Assembly: GCA_965279035.1 (NCBI GenBank) | Contig: OZ257142.1 | Location: forward strand, 2,432,001-2,496,000 | Length of the DNA: 64,000 nt | Direction: 5' to 3' | Source of the DNA: Bacteroidia bacterium | GTDB taxonomy: Bacteria > Bacteroidota > Bacteroidia > M30B66 | In this document: piece after piece, positions 31,688 through 41,277 of the stretch | How the letters are laid out: every line of letters begins with the position of its first letter | Numbering within the stretch: position 1 is the stretch's first letter | Notes under the pieces: generated by a model | Seen by the model: the letters and a program-made list of their open reading frames with translations, nothing else | Database searches by the model: none | Told to the model about the DNA's origin: nothing | Program-made: the position numbers and the translations under genes

Positions 31688-31809
31688 GGGTTCTTAATTT
31701 TTTACGAATTTAGAAAAAAAGCATTCCCTAACTTATAATTGAACAGGAATCATCACACATTCATTCATTACATTTGATTTTCGAAAAATTCAATCCGAAT
31801 AAACATCCA

Positions 31810-32844
31810 ATGAATTACAAACTTTTTGGTCATAGTGGACTACGTGTTTCAGAATTGTGCTTGGGAACTATGACCTTTGGTCTTGAATGGGGCTGGGGAT
31901 CAGACAAAGAACAAAGTGCTCAAGTTTTTGAAACATACGCAAATGCAGGTGGTAATTTTGTCGATACAGCCAATCGATACACCGAAGGAACTAGTGAAAA
32001 ATGGTTAGGAGAATTCATTTCTAAAGAGCGTGATCATTTTGTTTTAGCAACCAAGTTCGCATTGAAGGATCGAAATGGTGATCCAAATTATGCTGGGAAT
32101 CATCGTAAAAACTTGATGCGTTCAGTGAAAGCTAGCCTCGAACGATTGCAAACTAACTACATTGATTTATTGTGGCTTCATGCCTGGGATTTTACGGTAG
32201 CTCCCGAAGAACTCATGCGTGCATTGCAAGACTTAATTCATCAAGGAACCGTTCATCATATTGGAATTAGTGATACTCCCGCTTGGATTGTTTCTCAAGC
32301 CAATACCATAGCTGAACTCAGAGGATGGAATCGTTTTGCTGGATTGCAGGTTGAATACAATTTACTTCAACGATCGCCTGAAGCAGATTTGCTCCCCATG
32401 GCAAAATCATTCAATTTGGCTGTTACACCTTGGGCACCTCTAGCAGGTGGTGCTTTAACAGGAAAATACCTGAAAAATGAATCGGGCCGGGTGAATGAAG
32501 AAAGTGTGAGAAGAAGTCAACTTGCGAATTCTATTGCTAGTGAAGTAGTTCAAATTGCAGAGGAATTGGATGTAAGTCCGGCACAAGTAGCTATCAATTG
32601 GACGCGTCAACGAAATCAAGTTGTGATTCCTATTATTGGTGCTAGAAAAGCAGAACAATTAGCTGATAGTTTAGGTGCTACCTCATTTGTATTGCCCGAA
32701 GAAAGTATGGAAAGACTCAATAAAATCAGTGCGATTGATCTTGGTTTTCCACATGAATTTTTAAAAACCGATGGAGTAAAGGATGTATTGTTTGGGGGAA
32801 CATACACTCAAGTAGAAAACCATAATAGTAGTTTTCTACGTTAA
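31810..32844 (+). CDS. Aldo/keto reductase
   Basis: LCLGTMTFG, DTANRY, LATK, SLERLQTNYIDL and PIIGAR motifs; likely start ATG at 31810. Confidence 0.93.
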   Translation: MNYKLFGHSGLRVSELCLGTMTFGLEWGWGSDKEQSAQVFETYANAGGNFVDTANRYTEGTSEKWLGEFISKERDHFVLATKFALKDRNGDPNYAGNHRKNLMRSVKASLERLQTNYIDLLWLHAWDFTVAPEELMRALQDLIHQGTVHHIGISDTPAWIVSQANTIAELRGWNRFAGLQVEYNLLQRSPEADLLPMAKSFNLAVTPWAPLAGGALTGKYLKNESGRVNEESVRRSQLANSIASEVVQIAEELDVSPAQVAINWTRQRNQVVIPIIGARKAEQLADSLGATSFVLPEESMERLNKISAIDLGFPHEFLKTDGVKDVLFGGTYTQVENHNSSFLR

Positions 32845-32868
32845 TCCTTTTATCAAGTAAATCTACCT

Positions 32869-33651
32869 ATGAAAATTTATTCTTTGTTATCGATGTTTCT
32901 CTGTTTGCTTAGTACAGGGAACCTTTTTTCTCAATCAACCTACATTGATAAGGCCATTTCTGCAAATGATCATGAGCGAAAGAGACCATTGACAGATGCC
33001 TTAGAGCTAGGATTTAATGCCGTTTCGGCTCAACTTGAATTGAAGAAAGATGGTAAATTATATTGTGGTTCAGGTACTTTAAAAGAACGGTATCTTGATC
33101 CTTTGCGTTTGAGATCGAACAATGGAGCTCAATTTATTTTCCCAGAACATCCCGATGAATTCTTGCTTTTATTGGAAGTAACGAGCGATAGTTCTTTAAC
33201 CTATGCCGCATTGATTAAAGATTTAGAAGAGTATTATCCCATGTTGACTTCATTCGAAGGAACTAAAAAAACTAAGAAGCCCGTTCGCATTGTTTTAAGT
33301 GGAAAAATCCCTCATAAAACCATGTATTCAGAATCTATTCGACGCGTGTTTGCAGAAGATTTAGTGAATAAATTGGATTTAAATCATGATGCTACTTATT
33401 GCTCCGTTTCAAGTTTGAAAATGAAAAAATTATTCGATTGGAAAGGAGAAGGAAATATGCCCAACATGCAATACCATTCGCTTGGATCATACATCAAGAA
33501 TGGACATAAATTGGGACGTTGGGTGCGTATATATGATTTGCCCGAAGTACCCAATACATTTGATATTCTGTTAGAAGCGGGAGCTGATTATTTAGAAGTA
33601 AAGGACATAAAAAGTTTTGCTGAGTATTGGAAAAAGCGAAAGCCTTATTAA
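32869..33651 (+). CDS. Secreted PLC-like phosphodiesterase-fold protein (AIM6-like), possibly inactive
   Basis: Signal peptide; PLTDAL..GF, TLKERYLDPL, IVLSG and AGADYL motifs, but the HxHNDY/EAD equivalents are altered. Confidence 0.6.
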   Translation: MKIYSLLSMFLCLLSTGNLFSQSTYIDKAISANDHERKRPLTDALELGFNAVSAQLELKKDGKLYCGSGTLKERYLDPLRLRSNNGAQFIFPEHPDEFLLLLEVTSDSSLTYAALIKDLEEYYPMLTSFEGTKKTKKPVRIVLSGKIPHKTMYSESIRRVFAEDLVNKLDLNHDATYCSVSSLKMKKLFDWKGEGNMPNMQYHSLGSYIKNGHKLGRWVRIYDLPEVPNTFDILLEAGADYLEVKDIKSFAEYWKKRKPY

Positions 33652-33742
33652 TCAATGAACGTTTATTAATACTAACATTTCGCCTTTCATAATTAAGTTC
33701 ATTTCGATGCGTTGAGGATTCAATTCAACTGAACTTAGCTAA

Positions 33743-36325
33743 ATGTTCCTCCGCATTTCCAAAACCCTTTTTATCATCTGGAAATACACACGCAAACCCT
33801 TGATGTGGTTGGCTGGAAGCATTACAGTTTGTATTCTTGCTGCTTGGATATTAGCCGCTATTTTTGAAGATGAAGTCAAAGAATTCTTTCTTCAGAAAAT
33901 CAATGCAGAACTCAATACCAAAGTGGAGATTGGAAAAATAGAATTCTCTCTTCTATCGCATTTTCCAAATGCAAGTATTTCACTAGAGCAAGTAAAAGCT
34001 CATCATTCCAAACCATATAAAGGTGCTGGATATTTATTGGAAGCGAGTTCCATCGATTTTAGTTTTAGTGTATTGGATTTATTCAGTGGAAACTATACGG
34101 TTGATCAAATTGATCTCAACAATGGAGCAATCAATATAATACGCAACGAAGATGGTATCATTAACTACGAATTGATTAAATCGGATACCACAAAAGGAAA
34201 AGAAGACGGAAAATTTCAATTTGAGTTAAGTGCATTCCACGTTCGAAATGTGAATATGCTTGTACGTGATGATCCTTCCGATTTTGCGACTTTATTTTTC
34301 ATTAGCAAAGGGAAATTCAGTGGAGCATTCACAAAAGACATTTTCGATCTTGAAATCGAGAGTGAAATTCAATTAAATCATCTCACAAGCGACGAAACTG
34401 TATGGATTCAAGATCGTCCTCTGAGCATTGACCTTGGTTTACAAATCAATCAGAAAGAAGACCTATACACATTTTCAGAAGGAGAATTCCGAATTTCAGA
34501 TTTAGCACTTTCAATTCAAGGTACTATTCAGAATAAAGAAATTCCAACGTTCAATTTGCAATTTGGTGGAAAGAATTTGGATATAAGTTCATTCTTGTCC
34601 TTGCTGCCAAAGGAATATAATGAACAAATTAAAAAGTACCGAAGTGATGGTAAATTCTACTGTTCGGCCGAATTAAAAGGAAAGTGGAGTAAAGAAGAAA
34701 ATCCGTTTTTCAAAGCGGAATTTGGAATACAAAAGGGTGAAATCCTACAAAAGGAAAATGATATTCAATTAGAAGATGTGAATTTTAGCGGAAGTTTCAA
34801 CAATGGCTCTAAACATTGTTTAGCAACAAGTACCTTGGATTTACAAAATGTGCAAATGAAATTGAAAAGCGGCACGGTAAAAGGCCGACTTAAACTAATC
34901 AATTTTGACCATCCAAATTTGAATGCTCAAGCCAATGCATCCTTATCTCTAAATGATATTCAACAATTTTTCCCATTAGATCCTTTGTTTTTAAAAACTG
35001 GAAATGCTTCTCTTCAAATAACCTTGAATGGTCCAATTGCCGGAGGTTTGAAACCAGGAACATCCCCAACAAATCAACTTCTGGCTAATGGCTTACTTCA
35101 AATTGAAGATGCCTCATTTAAAATACAAGGTGATTCACTTGATTATTCGGGATTTTCAGGGAATTTCCGTTTTAGTAATAATGATGTGTCGGTCGATAAT
35201 TTCAGAGGAAAAGCCGGTCAAACAGATTTCTTAATGAAGGGCCATTTAGGGAATGTATTTGGCTATTTGTTTTCGAAAGATCAACCAATCTATATTGAAA
35301 CAACAGTTCAAAGTCAGCATGTGTATTTGGATGAATTGTTTGGGCGACATTCAACTAATAGCAATCCTGATTCAGCCTATCGATTTCGAATTTCACCACG
35401 ACTTAGTTTGAAGGTGAATGCCCGAGTTGATCAATTGCAATTCCGGAAATTTAAAGCTAAAAGTATTGTTGGTGATTTTCGTGTTTCAAATCGTGAACTC
35501 ATTGCAGATCGACTCATTCTTCAAACAATGGGTGGTTCATTAAGTATGAATGGGAATGTTGATGGAACTCTAGAAAAAAATCTACTACTCACCTGCTCTG
35601 CTAAACTTAAAAATGTTGATATCACAAGCGTTTTTGTTGAGTGCGAAAATTTTGGGCAGGATGTAATGAATGATAAAAACATCCGCGGAAAACTAGAAGC
35701 CGATGTAAATTTCACAACGCTACTTTCGGCTGGATTGGAAATAGATTTGAATAAACTCTACTGTCGATCCGACATTGTTATCAGTCAAGGAGAGCTGATC
35801 AATTTTACACCTTTGAATAATCTATCTCGCTTTATTAGTTTGGATGAATTGAAGCATGTTAAATTCTCCACTTTAAAAAATCAAATCGAGATTCGAGATC
35901 GAAAAATCATCATCCCAAAAATGGATATTGCCTCAAGTGCTATAAGTATTGGAGCTTCAGGAACACATAATTTTGACAACATAGTTGATTATCATTTTGA
36001 GATTTTACTTTCAGATCTTTTATCCCGTAAAGCCAAGAAAGCCAAAATAGAAAATGAAGAATTTGGGGTAATTGAAGAAGATGGATTGGGGAAAACTCGA
36101 TTGTTTATTTTGATGAAAGGTCAGCTCGATAAGCCAATCATTGCTTACGACAAAAAAGGAGCTCAACAAAAAATCCGGAACGACCTCCAAACAGAAAAGA
36201 AAACGATGAAACAGATTCTGCATGAAGAATTTGGATTGTATAAAAAAGACAGCACCATCATCAAAAACAAAAAAATCATCCCAGATAAGAAAAAGAAAAA
36301 GGTGATTATAGAGTTTGAAGATTAA
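33743..36325 (+). CDS. AsmA-family (bridge-like lipid transfer) protein
   Basis: N-terminal TM helix, SLLSHFPNASI motif, long beta-rich body, C-terminal IIIPKMDI.SSA...GTHNFDN motif. Confidence 0.85.
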   Translation: MFLRISKTLFIIWKYTRKPLMWLAGSITVCILAAWILAAIFEDEVKEFFLQKINAELNTKVEIGKIEFSLLSHFPNASISLEQVKAHHSKPYKGAGYLLEASSIDFSFSVLDLFSGNYTVDQIDLNNGAINIIRNEDGIINYELIKSDTTKGKEDGKFQFELSAFHVRNVNMLVRDDPSDFATLFFISKGKFSGAFTKDIFDLEIESEIQLNHLTSDETVWIQDRPLSIDLGLQINQKEDLYTFSEGEFRISDLALSIQGTIQNKEIPTFNLQFGGKNLDISSFLSLLPKEYNEQIKKYRSDGKFYCSAELKGKWSKEENPFFKAEFGIQKGEILQKENDIQLEDVNFSGSFNNGSKHCLATSTLDLQNVQMKLKSGTVKGRLKLINFDHPNLNAQANASLSLNDIQQFFPLDPLFLKTGNASLQITLNGPIAGGLKPGTSPTNQLLANGLLQIEDASFKIQGDSLDYSGFSGNFRFSNNDVSVDNFRGKAGQTDFLMKGHLGNVFGYLFSKDQPIYIETTVQSQHVYLDELFGRHSTNSNPDSAYRFRISPRLSLKVNARVDQLQFRKFKAKSIVGDFRVSNRELIADRLILQTMGGSLSMNGNVDGTLEKNLLLTCSAKLKNVDITSVFVECENFGQDVMNDKNIRGKLEADVNFTTLLSAGLEIDLNKLYCRSDIVISQGELINFTPLNNLSRFISLDELKHVKFSTLKNQIEIRDRKIIIPKMDIASSAISIGASGTHNFDNIVDYHFEILLSDLLSRKAKKAKIENEEFGVIEEDGLGKTRLFILMKGQLDKPIIAYDKKGAQQKIRNDLQTEKKTMKQILHEEFGLYKKDSTIIKNKKIIPDKKKKKVIIEFED

Positions 36326-36343
36326 TCCGATAGCTATCGGATT
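36324..36343. repeat. Perfect 20-bp palindrome AATCCGATAGCTATCGGATT (REP-like); degenerate second copy at about 36379-36397
   Basis: Self-complementary sequence directly at the asmA stop codon. Confidence 0.8.
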
Positions 36344-36458
36344 GATGTGCTGGTAAATATTGTGCTTATGTGCTGATTATCCTGATAGCTATCCGGAGAA
36401 GTGCTGATTGAAAATGTGCTGATTTGCTGATTATCCTGCTAAAAACAGACGATGTGCA
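36344..36458 (+). repeat. Degenerate short repeats of (A)TGTGCTGA, same family as the 51424-51514 array
   Basis: tgatgtgctg, tgtgctta-tgtgctga, gtgctgat, atgtgctga-tttgctga and gatgtgc units. Confidence 0.7.
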
Positions 36459-36496
36459 AGTGGAAAATAGATTGCTGTTTATCGTTTAGTGGATAT

Positions 36497-36653
36497 TTTG
36501 AGTTTCCCAACAGCATCCCCGAAATTCATTCCGGGTTTGATGTTTTAATTTAAAGTTTGAGTTTCCCAACAGCATCCCCGGAATTCATTCCGGGATTTAT
36601 AAGTTAATTTGATGTTTGAGTTTCCCAACAGCATCCCCGAAATTCATTCCAGA
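36497..36653. repeat. Three tandem copies (59-bp period) of a 36-39 bp hairpin-containing repeat
   Basis: TTTGAGTTTCCCAACAGCATCCCCG(A/G)AATTCATTCC starts at 36497, 36556 and 36615, separated by about 20-nt AT-rich linkers. Confidence 0.9.
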
Positions 36654-36757
36654 AGAACAGAGTTGAATTTTTATTGTTTAAAATTCATTTGTTGAAATCT
36701 CTTTTCTAATTGATAGATCATAATAATCGAAATTTGAATTTCAATAATGAATGATTG

Positions 36758-37831
36758 ATGTCGGAAAAACCCTATACGAAAGGACGTGGAGCGCAGATGA
36801 ATCCGGCAAATCGCTTTTTGAAATTGCGTCAGGAAGTGGATGTTGAGCACCAATCAACAAATGAAGAAAAGGAAGCATTACTCAACGAAAATCCCGAGAC
36901 AAACTATTTAGATGTATTCCCAAAAACCATCATCAATAAAGTAGAAAGTACCGATTTACCTGATTATAGTTTGAATCCCTATCAAGGCTGTGAGCATGGT
37001 TGTGTGTATTGCTATGCACGAAATACTCATGAATACTGGGGTTTTAGTGCAGGTGCTGATTTTGAGCAAAACATATTAGTAAAACGTAATGCTCCTGAAT
37101 TATTACGAAAAACGCTATCCGATCCAAAATGGAAAGCCGAACTCATCATGTTGGCGGGCAATACTGATATTTATCAACCCATAGAACGTAAACTTAAAAT
37201 CACCCGAGAAATACTGGAAGTGTTTTGGAAATTCCGTCATCCGGTTGGAATGATTACAAAAAACAGTTTGATCGAACGGGATATCGACATTTTAGAAAAG
37301 CTCGCTTCCGAAAATTTAGTCAACGTGCTATTAAGTTTAACAACACTCGATGAACATCTAAAGCGGAAACTTGAGCCTAGAACTTCTTCTGCCAAGAATA
37401 TATTAAAAACAATAGAGCTGCTTACTGCACGAGGAATACCTGTTCGAATTCTTGCTGCTCCGATTATTCCTTCAATCAACGACCATGAGATTCATAACAT
37501 CGTAAAAGCTGTTGCCGACGCTGGAGCTTTGGGAGTTTCGTATCAAGTTGTACGATTAAATGGACAAGTTGCAGCGCTTTTTGAAGATTGGCTGAGAAAG
37601 AATTTTCCTGATCGGGCTGATAAAGTATTGAATCAAATTCGATCGGTTCATGGCGGTCAACTCAACGATTCGCGCTTTGGTATTCGAATGCGAGGCGAAG
37701 GACTATGGGCTGAAATGATCCGTAAACAGTTTAAACTAGCCACAGCTAAGTATTTGAAAGATCGTCATGTTCCAAGCTTGAATTTTGATTTACATGAACT
37801 GAACAAAGGCGGCCAAATGCGGTTGTTTTAA
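36758..37831 (+). CDS. PA0069/Rv2578c-family radical SAM protein (spore photoproduct lyase-like)
   Basis: GRGAQ.NP.NRF, NPYQGCEHGCVYCYAR, NTD.YQP.E, ITK and LEPR motifs. Confidence 0.9.
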   Translation: MSEKPYTKGRGAQMNPANRFLKLRQEVDVEHQSTNEEKEALLNENPETNYLDVFPKTIINKVESTDLPDYSLNPYQGCEHGCVYCYARNTHEYWGFSAGADFEQNILVKRNAPELLRKTLSDPKWKAELIMLAGNTDIYQPIERKLKITREILEVFWKFRHPVGMITKNSLIERDIDILEKLASENLVNVLLSLTTLDEHLKRKLEPRTSSAKNILKTIELLTARGIPVRILAAPIIPSINDHEIHNIVKAVADAGALGVSYQVVRLNGQVAALFEDWLRKNFPDRADKVLNQIRSVHGGQLNDSRFGIRMRGEGLWAEMIRKQFKLATAKYLKDRHVPSLNFDLHELNKGGQMRLF

Positions 37832-37940
37832 TCAACATTAAAATTTCATTCAAAATAAAAACATCTAGGAATGCCTCGATTTATTTGTATTTTTGTTATC
37901 CTTCCTAGTACAATGCAATTCCAACCTAACTTTTTTTGAG

Positions 37941-40016
37941 ATGAATTTAAAACATGTACAATTTCGACTATTGAATAAGGTGTTTAGCCCGATATTCATT
38001 TTGGGTTTCATCCTTTTTAACCATTCTGTTAAAGCACAAACACAAGTAATAATTCCAGATAATCTAATTGCAAACGATTTTGCAAGTTATGGTACTGGTG
38101 GATGGCGGATGCTTTCTACAGGTAATTCAAGCAGTTCAATTGTTGCTGTAGCCGATTTTAATATTCCTGAAAATACAGGTCCTCATAGCATTCGTGCGAG
38201 CAGAACCGGTGGATCTGGAATCAATCGATCATTTTTAGGATATTATGAAGAGTCGAGAACACTTTCTATGCTCAGCTCTGTTTCTTGGAATCAATATTCC
38301 GAACAAGGAACAGATTCTTATCTAAATATTTTCATTACAAATGGTCAAGCTGCGGCAACCATCGTTTATCAACCTGCAACTGTTTTAAATTCATGGACAA
38401 CTCATACATTCAATAGTAGTTCATCTTCTGCAGCACTAAGCATTCGGGTAGGTAGTACATCAACTCCAATTACTTATGCTCAATTGATGAGTCAATATGG
38501 AACTTGGACGATTTATGATCATCCAAACACGTATGTTGCTCCTAATACTTTTAGCGATTTTATCGGAGGAATTGTTTTAGTATCTGGATCTAGTAGTCCA
38601 ATATTAGCACAAACACATACGTATGATGGTGTTGTAATTACATTTACTGCTGAAACTCCAAAATCATATGATTTTGTTTCTCCACTACCTACTCCTCCAG
38701 GATGTTCAGCAGTTTCTGTGGTTAGTTATGAACCAGGATTGCGTCAAGATGGTACACCTGTTTTATCAACACGACAATTTTTTAATAATGCAACAGGTGC
38801 TCCTCAAAATTATGATGTAGCAGTTCCTGAAGATCAAGTAAACTTTGTGTCTCTCGGATTTGGAGGTAAGATTGTTTTAGAGCTAGAAAATCCTATTAAA
38901 AATGGACCTGGAGATGATCTTCGTGTGTATGAAACTACCTATGGGATTTCTCCAAATAAATGTCAACGAAGCCCCGAAAGAGTAAAAGTATATGCTTCAC
39001 AGGATGGATGTAATTATGTGTATTTAGGAGAAGGTTGTCAAGATGCTACCTTTAATTTAAACACTCTAGCTTGGGCTAGCTTCATTAAATTGGTAGATGT
39101 AAGCCCACTAAATGCAACCTATGTAAACAGCAATAATGGTCCTGAAGACGGATACGATTTGGATGGAATTGTATGCTTACATGGCATTGCAACAGATTTA
39201 ACACCAAGTGCATTAGTTCCTGCTGTGTTGACAGAAGTGATTGATCACACTCCCGATTCAGAAGCTCGTCGAAAAAACAATACCTTAATTATTAATGGAA
39301 CACCTGAACGAAGAGTAACTACGAAAATGTTGGGAATACCACAAAACAATAACACGCTGAATTTTTATTCCATGGGATTTGGTGGATTTGTAGTTGTGAA
39401 ATTCGATTATGTGGTATTCGATGGTATTGGAAACGACCTTCGTATTTATGAAACATCATACGGAAATCCAACTTGTGCCAATTATCCTGAGAAAGCAAAC
39501 GTAGAAGTTTCTTTGGACGGAACAACTTGGGTTGATTTAGGTACCTATTGTCAAGATGGTACATTAGATATTGCACCTACTGGATTCCAAGGAATTCAAT
39601 ATGTGCGTTTAGTAGATCGCTCGCCAATTAGTTCAACTAAATTCCCTGGAAATGCCGATGCATATGATTTAGATGGAATTGTTGATATTCATGCTTGTGC
39701 AATTAATTCAGCTTCTCGTTTAGCAAACGATGATGGTGAAGAAGTAATTGAAGGAATTCCAAGTTCTGCTAGTGTTTATCCAAATCCTTTTCAAGACAAA
39801 GTCACTGTGAGTTTTATCAATGAAAGCAATGACCATGAAGTTTCAATTTCGATTTACAATTTGTTAGGTGCTTTGGTTTATTCCAAAAAATACCCAATTG
39901 CTTCAGAAGCATTTTTTAATCAAACTGTTGATTTATCTGAACTTCCTGCTGGACTTTATACGATTCACACAGCTTGTCCAAGCTTCACACAATCGGATAA
40001 AATCCTGAAACAATAA
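37941..40016 (+). CDS. Secreted T9SS protein with two tandem S(L/M)GFGG...D.YDLDGI beta domains
   Basis: Signal peptide after ATG 37941; TATTTTTG -7 element at 37888-37895; internal duplication; YPNP CTD. Confidence 0.8.
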   Translation: MNLKHVQFRLLNKVFSPIFILGFILFNHSVKAQTQVIIPDNLIANDFASYGTGGWRMLSTGNSSSSIVAVADFNIPENTGPHSIRASRTGGSGINRSFLGYYEESRTLSMLSSVSWNQYSEQGTDSYLNIFITNGQAAATIVYQPATVLNSWTTHTFNSSSSSAALSIRVGSTSTPITYAQLMSQYGTWTIYDHPNTYVAPNTFSDFIGGIVLVSGSSSPILAQTHTYDGVVITFTAETPKSYDFVSPLPTPPGCSAVSVVSYEPGLRQDGTPVLSTRQFFNNATGAPQNYDVAVPEDQVNFVSLGFGGKIVLELENPIKNGPGDDLRVYETTYGISPNKCQRSPERVKVYASQDGCNYVYLGEGCQDATFNLNTLAWASFIKLVDVSPLNATYVNSNNGPEDGYDLDGIVCLHGIATDLTPSALVPAVLTEVIDHTPDSEARRKNNTLIINGTPERRVTTKMLGIPQNNNTLNFYSMGFGGFVVVKFDYVVFDGIGNDLRIYETSYGNPTCANYPEKANVEVSLDGTTWVDLGTYCQDGTLDIAPTGFQGIQYVRLVDRSPISSTKFPGNADAYDLDGIVDIHACAINSASRLANDDGEEVIEGIPSSASVYPNPFQDKVTVSFINESNDHEVSISIYNLLGALVYSKKYPIASEAFFNQTVDLSELPAGLYTIHTACPSFTQSDKILKQ

Positions 40017-40039
40017 ATTGGATTTATTATATAAAACTC

Positions 40040-40070
40040 AAAAGCCCATTCGCTATGAATGGGCTTTTTT
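40040..40070 (+). terminator. Rho-independent terminator
   Basis: AAAAGCCCATTC-GCTAT-GAATGGGCTTTTTT. Confidence 0.85.
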
Positions 40071-40160
40071 ATTTGCCTACTTTATTGCTAGCAGGCATTT
40101 CAATCGGATAATGAAAATCACAAACACATCATCAAAAAATCCGAAAGAAATAAACGAACG

Positions 40161-40781
40161 TTAAACAGGTTCTGAGGATTGAGCAACGTCGTTTTTGTAC
40201 AATTGAAAAAATAAAATAGGAAGAAAAATAATAATCAGAACGATTGCTCCAAGAAGAAATAAAACGTTAGCTCCGGGAAATTGAAGGAATTTAAAAATGG
40301 CTCCAATAGATACGACGATCCCTCCAATTGCCCCACTTAAACTTCTAATTCGAGCATTTCTCGAAAGGAAAGAATAATTCCGAATGGAAATTATTAAAAT
40401 GAAAATCATAGATAATAGTAAAAAGCAATTTCCAAAGAACATGATTACACTTCCGCCAGGCCAATGAAAAGTGCGGAATGTAAAGGCAGTCAATGTTAAT
40501 AAGGATGCTAAAAATCCAGTTGAATACAGGAGCTTTTTCATAGTGAGTTGTTTTTTAAACGTGAGTAAAAAGACAGTTCGTTCTTCAATAGCCGTTAAAC
40601 CTTCAGGAGATAATTGAAGAATGGCTTCATTCATTGCCGCTTCGAATGAAATTCCAGAATCGAGTTGTGCTTCAATGTGACAACACAAATGATCGAGCAA
40701 TTCTACCCGAAGTGAATGCATGCTGACAGAGTGATTTACAAGCATCGACACTTGTTCGAATTGGTCATCCTGCAGATCCAT
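40161..40781 (-). CDS. PadR-associated membrane protein (ELLDH..CHIE N-terminal domain plus two GldL-N-like H/Q-W/F-PG hairpins)
   Basis: FRTFHWPGG and FKFLQFPGA motifs, four TM segments; start overlaps the padR 3' end. Confidence 0.7.
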   Translation of the reverse strand: MDLQDDQFEQVSMLVNHSVSMHSLRVELLDHLCCHIEAQLDSGISFEAAMNEAILQLSPEGLTAIEERTVFLLTFKKQLTMKKLLYSTGFLASLLTLTAFTFRTFHWPGGSVIMFFGNCFLLLSMIFILIISIRNYSFLSRNARIRSLSGAIGGIVVSIGAIFKFLQFPGANVLFLLGAIVLIIIFLPILFFQLYKNDVAQSSEPV

Positions 40782-41118
40782 AGTGTAATCCAGGTTGAGG
40801 AATTAATACTTGCTGAAGGGTTTCGAAAAACTGGAATAGTTCATCCACGCGAATCCGAGATTGCGTTTTCCCGGTTGCAGTTAATCGGTAATAGATGCGC
40901 GGTCGTTTACCAATAAACTCTTCTTCTGTACTTAAAAAACCTTCAGCTTCAAGCTTGTGTAAGGCTGGATACAAGGAGCCTTCTTTGAGCAAAATTTTAC
41001 CATCGGTGCGCTCTTTCACCGCCTGTGTTATTTCATATCCATACATACGCCCTTTCTCATCTAATAAATTGAGAAGAATGGTGCTAAGTGTTCCTTTTAA
41101 AAGTTCTTTCGAATACAT
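40765..41118 (-). CDS. PadR family transcriptional regulator
   Basis: LLKG, MYGYEI, EGSLYPALHKLE and YYRLT motifs; start ATG at 41118. Confidence 0.93.
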   Translation of the reverse strand: MYSKELLKGTLSTILLNLLDEKGRMYGYEITQAVKERTDGKILLKEGSLYPALHKLEAEGFLSTEEEFIGKRPRIYYRLTATGKTQSRIRVDELFQFFETLQQVLIPQPGLHYGSAG

Positions 41119-41122
41119 AGGA

Positions 41123-41148
41123 CAAATATACATTGAACTTCTATGCAT
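41123..41148 (-). promoter_or_regulatory. padR -7 element (TATATTTG, 41123-41130) overlapped by an imperfect inverted repeat (candidate PadR operator)
   Basis: ATACATTG-AACTT-CTATGCAT at 41128-41148. Confidence 0.5.
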
Positions 41149-41277
41149 TAACAATTATTAAATCCATTTTAGTATGTTGAATTGAAAAAAATGGATTAAC
41201 GTATTCAAAATAAATCAGTTAAAATTTCAATAAGATAGTATACGATCTTCACCATTCAAAATGCTTTACTTTGAAAA

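Noticed and set aside
36497-36653. CRISPR array
   Set aside because: Only three units; the linkers are short (20-23 nt) and similar to each other (13/20 identical); no cas genes in the window; a related solitary hairpin occurs at 58728.
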